Assembly: GCA_965204755.1 (NCBI GenBank)
Contig: OZ242011.1
Span: forward strand, 960,001 to 1,024,000
Length of the DNA stretch: 64,000 nt
Source: Candidatus Marinacidobacterium sp.
GTDB taxonomy: Bacteria; Acidobacteriota; Vicinamibacteria; Marinacidobacterales; Marinacidobacteraceae
Direction: 5' to 3'
A program made the position numbers and the translations under genes. Shown here piece after piece: positions 8,908-15,784 of the stretch. Position 1 is the first letter of the stretch, and each line of letters begins with the position of its first letter. Below the pieces are notes generated by a model. The model had not been told where the DNA came from, searched no databases, and worked only from the letters and a program-made list of their open reading frames with translations.

Positions 8908-9924
8908 TCAGCGCAGACGGGGGTCGGCGCGGAGCAATTCCAGGGCGCGGCCCACCAGTTGGTGGACGCGCTGCGGGCTGACGCCCAGCGACTCGCCGAT
9001 CTCGGCGAGCCCCATCGGGTCCGCGCCATCGAGCCCGAATCTCCGCGACAGGACCGTCCGGCGCCGCTCGGGGAGGCGGAGGAGCGCCTCGCGCAGGAAC
9101 CCGACGGCCTCCTTCGTCTCGGCGGCTTCGCGGGGATTCGGCGACCGCTCGTCCGCGATGGAGGCGCCGCGGGGCCGAGCGCCGCCCGCCGCCGGTTCGT
9201 CGAGGGACTCGAACTCCGGGACCTGCCGGATCACCGCCCGCAGCAGTTCCACCGGGATGCCGATCAGGGCGGCGTCGTCCTCGAGGACATGCCGGTGGCG
9301 CCGGCCGTCGCAGCAGGTCTCGCCCCGGTAGCGCTGCTCGAGTTCCGCCGCCACGCCGGCCGCGAGGCGGCGGAGCGCGAGGCGCGCCAGCGGGATCTTG
9401 ATCGTCCGCGCCTTCGAGGAGAGCGCCCGGCAGATGTGCGAACGCACGGCGCCCGCGGCGTAGGTGGCGAACCGCGCGCCGTGTCCCGGCTCGAACGCGT
9501 CGAGCGCCTCCATCAGGCCCAGGTTGCCTTCCTGGATGAGGTCGTCGAGCGGCAGCCCGAAGCACGAATACCGCCGGGCGTAGCGTTCGGCGACGCGGAC
9601 GACCAGGCCCAGGTGGCCGAGCAGGAGCCGCTCCCGGTGCCGTTCGAAGGCCCGGACCGCCTCCGGCGGGGGCGGGTCCGCGGCCTCCATGACCCGCTCC
9701 GCCCGCCACATCTCCCGAAGGCGCCGCCGCTCTTCCTCCGCGCTCGGCCGGGGGTGGCTGCGCGCCATCCGCTTGTAGAGGGCGACCCCGTCGAGGCCCC
9801 CGCGACCGAAATCGTCGGACTCGGTCCCCGTCTCCCGGTTCGCCCCGTTTCCCGCCGACTCGACCTCGCTGCTCGCGTGCCGCCGGTCGGCGGTGAGCCC
9901 GGCGGGGCTCTCTCGAATGTCCAT
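8908..9924 (-). CDS. Divergent sigma-70 family factor (RpoD/RpoS-like layout, regions 1.2-4)
   Basis: DDLIQEGNLGLMEA, RFATYA, RTIKIP, SLD, LSRRFGLDG...LAEIGESLGVS. Confidence 0.88.
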   Translation of the reverse strand: MDIRESPAGLTADRRHASSEVESAGNGANRETGTESDDFGRGGLDGVALYKRMARSHPRPSAEEERRRLREMWRAERVMEAADPPPPEAVRAFERHRERLLLGHLGLVVRVAERYARRYSCFGLPLDDLIQEGNLGLMEALDAFEPGHGARFATYAAGAVRSHICRALSSKARTIKIPLARLALRRLAAGVAAELEQRYRGETCCDGRRHRHVLEDDAALIGIPVELLRAVIRQVPEFESLDEPAAGGARPRGASIADERSPNPREAAETKEAVGFLREALLRLPERRRTVLSRRFGLDGADPMGLAEIGESLGVSPQRVHQLVGRALELLRADPRLR

Positions 9925-10097
9925 GTCGGCCCTTCGCCGACCGGCCGCGCCCGGCGGCCGCCCGGCTCCGGGAATTCGTGCAATGCGCGTGCCCCTGCCC
10001 CGTTCAGGAGGACGAAGCGCCTTCTCGAACTTTTTTTGCCCGGACCCCTTGAAAATCCCTCGAACCGCGACAAAAGAAGGGGTACCGGGCCACCGCG

Positions 10098-10211
10098 ATG
10101 AACGGAACCCTCCGGACCGACGCCATCTTCTGCTTCGTCTCGGCGCCGGGCGCTCCGTTCTTGGCCGTTCGGGCCTTCCACTTCATCCGAGAAAACTTCT
10201 GCCGGAAGTAA
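10098..10211 (+). CDS. Putative 37-aa peptide
   Basis: MNGTLRTDAIFCFVSAPGAPFLAVRAFHFIRENFCRK-stop; codons mostly end in G/C; below the ORF-track cutoff. Confidence 0.35.
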   Translation: MNGTLRTDAIFCFVSAPGAPFLAVRAFHFIRENFCRK

Positions 10212-10251
10212 CCGCTTTCGCCAAGGGCATCCCGCCCCGGGGAGACACACC

Positions 10252-10692
10252 ATGAAACACCTCGTCACGCTCGTCATCTTCACGGCCGGCGTGTTCCCCG
10301 GCGCCGCGGACGCCGGGGAGAAGCGCTCCGCCGGCCTGCTCGCCTCCGCGCGCCTCGCCGGAATCGAGGCGTCGCCGCTGGTCTTCAACGAGGCGGTTTC
10401 CCCGAACGCCGCCGTGGAGGGGCGGCGGGTCTCCGGGGCGACCATCCTGCTGGCGACGACGATCGCTTCGGCGGCCCTGGTGACCACGGCTTGGCTGATC
10501 GGCCGCAACTCCGGAAACGCCTGCCAGCCGGACTCCCGGTTCTCGCGGAGCCTCGGACGCTGGACGAGCGTCGTTTCCGGACGGTGGGTGACTCTCGACG
10601 ATGGAACCCGAGTTGTCATTCCCGGCCCGGAGCCACATCCGCCCTTGGGCCCGCCGGGCGTGACCTTCCCCGATCTCTGCGTGGCTCGCTGA
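10252..10692 (+). CDS. Exported/membrane protein of unknown family, paralog A
   Basis: GGAG RBS; Sec signal ending ADA; conserved leader; hydrophobic helix; ends CVAR. Confidence 0.85.
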   Translation: MKHLVTLVIFTAGVFPGAADAGEKRSAGLLASARLAGIEASPLVFNEAVSPNAAVEGRRVSGATILLATTIASAALVTTAWLIGRNSGNACQPDSRFSRSLGRWTSVVSGRWVTLDDGTRVVIPGPEPHPPLGPPGVTFPDLCVAR

Positions 10693-10739
10693 CGGGCCGC
10701 AGTCCGAACCCGCTCCCCGATCGACGCGAGGAACCGACC

Positions 10740-11171
10740 ATGAAGCAACTCCTCTACTCCCTCACGATCTTCGCGACGCTCGCGATTGCGGGCGCCGCCG
10801 GCGCCGATGAGTCACCCGCGACCCGCTTGGTCGAGTCCGCGCGGCAGGCGGGGATGGAAGCGTCCCCGCTGGTCTTCGAACGCGACGCCGGCGCTGACCC
10901 GGACGCCGCGACCGGGGCAAGACTTACCGGCCGCGCCCTGGTGCTGGCTACCGCAATCGCATCCACCGCCGCAGTCGCGGTGGCGTGGCTGCTGCGCGGG
11001 CGGAACGAGTGCGCCTCCATCACCCGCTATCCCGAAAGCGCCGTAACGCTCAGCGGAAACTGGACCTCGACGCCGCCGGAGGTTCGCTGGGAGACTCGAC
11101 CGGACGGGACGCCGTATCCGATCACCGCTCCGCCGCCGCCGACACCGAGGCCGGTCTGCGTGGCGCGTTGA
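10740..11171 (+). CDS. Exported/membrane protein of unknown family, paralog B
   Basis: GAGG RBS; start MKQLL; same architecture as paralog A; ends CVAR. Confidence 0.85.
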   Translation: MKQLLYSLTIFATLAIAGAAGADESPATRLVESARQAGMEASPLVFERDAGADPDAATGARLTGRALVLATAIASTAAVAVAWLLRGRNECASITRYPESAVTLSGNWTSTPPEVRWETRPDGTPYPITAPPPPTPRPVCVAR

Positions 11172-11298
11172 GGAATCGAAGCCGCTACCGTCGGAGGAGT
11201 GGACTCGACGGGCAGCACCATCGTTCTCGATGCCGCCATTACCTTCTGCCGCTGACGGGCGTTCCGTACTCGGCGGTCCAAGCCTTCCGCCTCGTCCG

Positions 11299-11351
11299 GG
11301 ACGACTGCTCCCGGACGACTGCTCCCGGACGACTGCTCCGGGACGCTGCCC
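11299..11351. repeat. 14-bp tandem repeat GGACGACTGCTCCC, three copies plus a degenerate copy
   Basis: Read directly from the sequence between paralogs B and C. Confidence 0.9.
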
Positions 11352-11391
11352 TGTTCGAGCGCCACCTCGCCGGACACCCCGGAGACGCCTC

Positions 11392-11874
11392 ATGAAACAT
11401 CTCCCTGCCGCCCTCTTCACGACGGCCGTCGCGCTCTCCGGCGCCGCCGGCGCCGCCGAAGCGGAACCGACTCGCCTTCTCGACGCGGCGCGGCTCGCCG
11501 GAACCGAGGCCTCCGCGCTCGTCTTCGAGCGTGATGCCACGGGGCACGCGGACGACGGTCCGGGGACGCGGATCTCCGGGAAGTCGCTCGTGCTCGCGAC
11601 GGCCATCGCCTCGGCGGCGGCGATCACCGTGGCGTGGCTGCTGAGGCCGCGCAGCGAGTGCGTGGCCGCCCGCGGATCGAGGTACGACTTCGCTCGGGCG
11701 TGGTCGAGGGCCGGGCGATACCGGTCGTGGACACCGGCGCCGACGCCTCCGCCACCGCCGGAACCGGGAACCGCGCCTCCGCCCGTGCCCCCGCCCTTGC
11801 CGCGCATACCTCCGGTTCCGCCGCCGACGCCGGCCCTTCCCCCAATCTGCGTGCCGCGGGGGAGTTATCGGTGA
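11392..11874 (+). CDS. Exported/membrane protein of unknown family, paralog C (poly-Pro tail)
   Basis: GGAG RBS; start MKHLP; same architecture; ends CVPRGSYR. Confidence 0.85.
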   Translation: MKHLPAALFTTAVALSGAAGAAEAEPTRLLDAARLAGTEASALVFERDATGHADDGPGTRISGKSLVLATAIASAAAITVAWLLRPRSECVAARGSRYDFARAWSRAGRYRSWTPAPTPPPPPEPGTAPPPVPPPLPRIPPVPPPTPALPPICVPRGSYR

Positions 11875-12485
11875 ACTCCACCGGGTCTCCGGCCCGACCC
11901 TCCGAGGAATCGGCCGACGCGGCGACCGGGCCCGGCCCGGCCGGGCGCCGCGCGGCGCGGCGCCGCCGGGGGTTTCCCGCTATCGGGGACCTCCTGCGGC
12001 GCTGGGGGAGTTGCTTCGCGGTTTCCGCGGTCGTCGCAGGGCCGATGCTGGCGTCCGTCTTGGAGGAGAGCGCCCGCGAGTTGTTGGTCCTCTCCGCCAT
12101 CGGCGCGGCCGCGGTGGTCGCGGCGCTCCTGCGCGCCCGGGGGCGGGAGGCGCTCTCGCAGGTGGCGGGGGTGCTGCTCCTGTGGTCGTTCTCCTTCGGG
12201 ATGGGAGGTCTTCTGGAACGCGGGCCGGGCGGGGAGGCCTTCCCGTGGCCCCTGCCCCCGTTCCGGGACTATCTGCGGGCCGAAATCAACGCGTTCGCGC
12301 GGGCCTTCGCCGTCCTCGGCGTCCCGGCGACCGGGCTCTTCCTGGTTCGCATCCGGCTCGAGGCCGGGGCCGGCGGACGCGGCGGCAAGTTCCTCGCCCT
12401 CCTCCGCGCGGTGGACGGCGGGCCCGACTCGGGCCCGTCGCCGTGGAGCCCCGAGTCGGTGCTGCCCGATCTCCGGCGGCGGTAG
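11871..12485 (+). CDS. Hypothetical membrane protein (about 4 TM)
   Basis: GTGA overlap with the paralog C stop; four hydrophobic segments. Confidence 0.65.
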   Translation: MNSTGSPARPSEESADAATGPGPAGRRAARRRRGFPAIGDLLRRWGSCFAVSAVVAGPMLASVLEESARELLVLSAIGAAAVVAALLRARGREALSQVAGVLLLWSFSFGMGGLLERGPGGEAFPWPLPPFRDYLRAEINAFARAFAVLGVPATGLFLVRIRLEAGAGGRGGKFLALLRAVDGGPDSGPSPWSPESVLPDLRRR

Positions 12486-12556
12486 CCGTCGCAGGGAAAC
12501 CGGAACCGGGAACCTCGGGGGCGCGCCCCGCGGCGTGGTTGCAGCGTGGCGGGCCG

Positions 12557-15500
12557 TTATCGGCCGATGACGCGGTAGAGGGCGGGGATGACCAGGAGGG
12601 TCAGCGCGGTCGAGAGGAGCAGGCCGCCGATCACGGCGATGGCCATGGGCGTGCGCAACTCCGCGCCTTCGCCGAGGCCGACGGCCATGGGGAGCAGACC
12701 GAGCACCGTCGTGGCGGTGGTCATCAGGATCGGGCGGAGCCGGACGCGGCCCGCTTCCCGGAGCGCGGCGAGTTTGTCCCGGCCGCCGCGCCGGAGGCGG
12801 TTCGTCGCGTCGAGGAGGAGGATGGCGTTGTTCACCACGATTCCCGCCAGCATGATGACCCCGATGAGGACGACGACGCTGACGGTCACCCCGAACAGCC
12901 AGAGCGCGAGGACGACGCCGACCAGCGAGAACGGGACGGCGAACAGGATCACGAACGGGTGCAGCAGCGACTCGAACTGCGAAGCCATCACCAGATAGAC
13001 CATGAAGACCGCGAGCACGATGGCGAACCGCATGCTGTCGAAACTGGTTTCCATCTCTTCCTGCTGGCCGCCGAGCCGCCAGGTGAACCCGCCGGGGAGC
13101 GCGATCTCCGCCATCTCCGCTTCGATGTCCGCCGCGACGCCGGCGAGGTCCCGGCCGGAAAGGTTCGCGGTGATCGTCGCCACCCGCTCGCCGTCGGCGC
13201 GCCGGATCTCCGCCGGGCCGGTGACTTCGTCCACCGAAGCCACCGCCGAGAGCGGAATCGCCGCGCTGCCGCCGTCGGCGATGTTCAGCGAGCGCAGGTC
13301 GTCGGCGCTGTCCCGGTAGGACTCCTCCGAACGCAGCCGGATATCTATGGAGCGGTCTTCGCGCTGGATGTCCGTCGCCACCTCGCCCAGCACCTTGGAA
13401 CGAACCAGGTTGCCGAGTTGGTTCACGGTGTATCCGAGCGCCGCCACGCGTTCGCGGTCGAAGCGGATCTGCAGTTCGGGGTTTCCGCCTTCCGTCGAGG
13501 ACTTCACATCCACGAGGCCGGGAATGGCGCGCAGCCGCTCGACCGCCTCGTCGGCCACGCGGTCGAGCAGGGTCAGGTTGAAGCCGCGGATCTCCAGTTC
13601 CACCGGGGTGCGGAAACTGAAGTAGGACGGACGCCCGAACAGGTAACGGAGGTCCGGGTCCGCCTCGAGGCGCGGCCGCAGTTCCTCGATCGCGGCCTCT
13701 TCGCGTTCCCGATCCACCGGGGGGTCGAGCAGCACCGTCAGTTGCCCGATGTTCTCCCGCAGTTCGCCGGCGATGCCCCCCTGCTGGCTGCTCGTCCCGA
13801 TGGAGGCGTACACGGTTCGCGCGCCCGGCAGGGCGGCGGCGGCTTCTTCGAGATTCTCCATCCGGCGGGCGTTCAGGTCGAGGTGCGTCCCCGCCGGGAG
13901 TTCCGTGTCCACGAAGAACTCGCCCTGGATGAGTTCGGGAACGAGTTCGGCGCCGAGTGACGGATAGAGGGTCCCCGCGCCGCCGAGCAGGAGCACGGCG
14001 ACGGTCCCGACGCGGAGCGGGTGGTCGAGCGCGGATTGGAGCGCCGTCGGGTAGGCGCGCGCGACGGCGCCGTACGCGAGATCGAAGAGGCGCTGCGGGA
14101 GGAAGAGGATCCCGCGGACGAGGAGACCGATTCCCTTCGCCAAAAGCAGCGCGCCGCCCCGGAGGACCCGGCCGACGGCGGCGATCGCCTTGCCGATGAG
14201 GCGCCCGTAGGCGGTGCGGAAGGTGGATTCGCCGCCGGCCGTCGGTCGGAACTCGCGCGAAGCCAGCATGGGGATCAGCGTCAGCGCGACGAGCAGCGAA
14301 ACGGCGAGCGAGAAAGTCACCGTGAGCGCCTGGTCGCCGAACAACTGGCCGGCGATTCCCTCGACGAAGACGATGGGGACGAAGACGCAGACGGTGGTCA
14401 TCGTGCTCGCGATGACCGCCTGCCCCACTTCGCCGGCGCCGGCGCGCGCCGCTTCGACGAGTTCCAGGCCTTCCTGGCGCTTCCGGCGGATCGCTTCGAG
14501 CACGACGATGGAGTTGTCCACCAACAGGCCGATGCCGAGCGTGATGCCGCCGAGCGACATGATGTTCAGCGAGACGCCGGACACATACATCAGGAAGAAG
14601 GTCCCGATGACCGAGATGGGGATCGAAACGCCGATGATGAGCGTGCTCCGGAGTTCGCCGAGGAAGAGGACGAGCACGAAGATGGCGAGGATGCCGCCGA
14701 GGACCGCGGTCTGCAGCACCTCGGAGACCGACTGGCGGATGTAACGCGCCTGGTCGGTGACCAGCGTGAGTTCCAGGCCGTCGCCGACCTGTTCCAGGCG
14801 GCCGCCGAGGTCGTCCACCCGGGCGAGCGCGGCGTCGGCGACGGTCACCGTGTTCGTGCCGCCTTCCTTGTACACCGCGACTTCGATGGATTCGCGGCCG
14901 TCTATCCGGGTGATGACTTCGCGCTCCTTGGCGCCCCGGCGGATCTCGGCCACATCGTCGAGCCGGATCACGGTGCGCGCGGTGTCCACGACGATCGACC
15001 GCATGTCCTCGGGGCGCTCGAACTCGTTGATCGTGCGCACCAGGTATTCCGCCCCGCCGTCGAGCAGCCGCCCGGCGGTCAGGTTCACATTCTCGGCGGC
15101 GAGGCGGTTCACCACCGCCGGGACGGAAAGACCGAGGCTCGCCACCTTGCGCTCGTCTATCTCGACCTGGATCTCTTCTTCGAGGCCGCCGCTGACGAGG
15201 ACCGCCGCCACGCCCTCCACGCGTTCCAGGTTCCGCTGGACCTCCTGTTCCGCGATCAGGCGGAGGCGAACCAGGTCCTCGTTGCCGGTGAGGCCGAAGC
15301 GGAGGATCGGGTCGAGAGAGGGATCGAAACGGAGGAGCGTCGGACGCGGCGCGTCGAGCGGCAGGCGCACCACATCCAGCCGCTCGCGCACATCGAGCGC
15401 GGCCAGGTCCATGTCGGTGTCCCAACCGAACTCCAGCGTGACTTCGCTGAGGTCGGGGCGCGAGGACGACACGACCCTCACCACATTGTTCACGACGCCG

Positions 15501-15712
15501 ACCGCGTCCTCGATCGGGCGGGTGATCAGGTTCTCGATCTCGCCGGGCGCGGCGCCTTCGTAGTCGGTGCGAACGGTCAGGGACGGGTAGGTGATGTCCG
15601 GGAGGAGGTCCACCGCCAGCCGGCCGAACCCCACCCAGCCGAACACCACGATGGCGATGAACAGCACCACCACCGTGACCGGTCGGCGGATGGAGAACTC
15701 GACGATGCGCAT
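12557..15712 (-). CDS. RND efflux permease (AcrB/D/F family)
   Basis: 1051 aa; GIGLLVDNSIVVLE, GIVVNNAILL, RLRPILMT. Confidence 0.95.
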   Translation of the reverse strand: MRIVEFSIRRPVTVVVLFIAIVVFGWVGFGRLAVDLLPDITYPSLTVRTDYEGAAPGEIENLITRPIEDAVGVVNNVVRVVSSSRPDLSEVTLEFGWDTDMDLAALDVRERLDVVRLPLDAPRPTLLRFDPSLDPILRFGLTGNEDLVRLRLIAEQEVQRNLERVEGVAAVLVSGGLEEEIQVEIDERKVASLGLSVPAVVNRLAAENVNLTAGRLLDGGAEYLVRTINEFERPEDMRSIVVDTARTVIRLDDVAEIRRGAKEREVITRIDGRESIEVAVYKEGGTNTVTVADAALARVDDLGGRLEQVGDGLELTLVTDQARYIRQSVSEVLQTAVLGGILAIFVLVLFLGELRSTLIIGVSIPISVIGTFFLMYVSGVSLNIMSLGGITLGIGLLVDNSIVVLEAIRRKRQEGLELVEAARAGAGEVGQAVIASTMTTVCVFVPIVFVEGIAGQLFGDQALTVTFSLAVSLLVALTLIPMLASREFRPTAGGESTFRTAYGRLIGKAIAAVGRVLRGGALLLAKGIGLLVRGILFLPQRLFDLAYGAVARAYPTALQSALDHPLRVGTVAVLLLGGAGTLYPSLGAELVPELIQGEFFVDTELPAGTHLDLNARRMENLEEAAAALPGARTVYASIGTSSQQGGIAGELRENIGQLTVLLDPPVDREREEAAIEELRPRLEADPDLRYLFGRPSYFSFRTPVELEIRGFNLTLLDRVADEAVERLRAIPGLVDVKSSTEGGNPELQIRFDRERVAALGYTVNQLGNLVRSKVLGEVATDIQREDRSIDIRLRSEESYRDSADDLRSLNIADGGSAAIPLSAVASVDEVTGPAEIRRADGERVATITANLSGRDLAGVAADIEAEMAEIALPGGFTWRLGGQQEEMETSFDSMRFAIVLAVFMVYLVMASQFESLLHPFVILFAVPFSLVGVVLALWLFGVTVSVVVLIGVIMLAGIVVNNAILLLDATNRLRRGGRDKLAALREAGRVRLRPILMTTATTVLGLLPMAVGLGEGAELRTPMAIAVIGGLLLSTALTLLVIPALYRVIGR

Positions 15713-15784
15713 GGCGCGGGCGGCGGCGGGTCGCGCGATTCGCGGCGGGGGGCTCGGGACCGGCGGACGGGGCGGCGCGCGGCG

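Noticed and set aside
10678-11171. Terminal CVAR as a eukaryotic CaaX prenylation signal
   Set aside because: Arg at X is atypical of prenylation substrates, and paralog C continues past the motif (CVPRGSYR)
10252-11874. Diversity-generating retroelement or classical RiPP cluster
   Set aside because: No reverse transcriptase, no template repeat differing only at adenines, and no modifying enzymes or peptidase-transporter in the window
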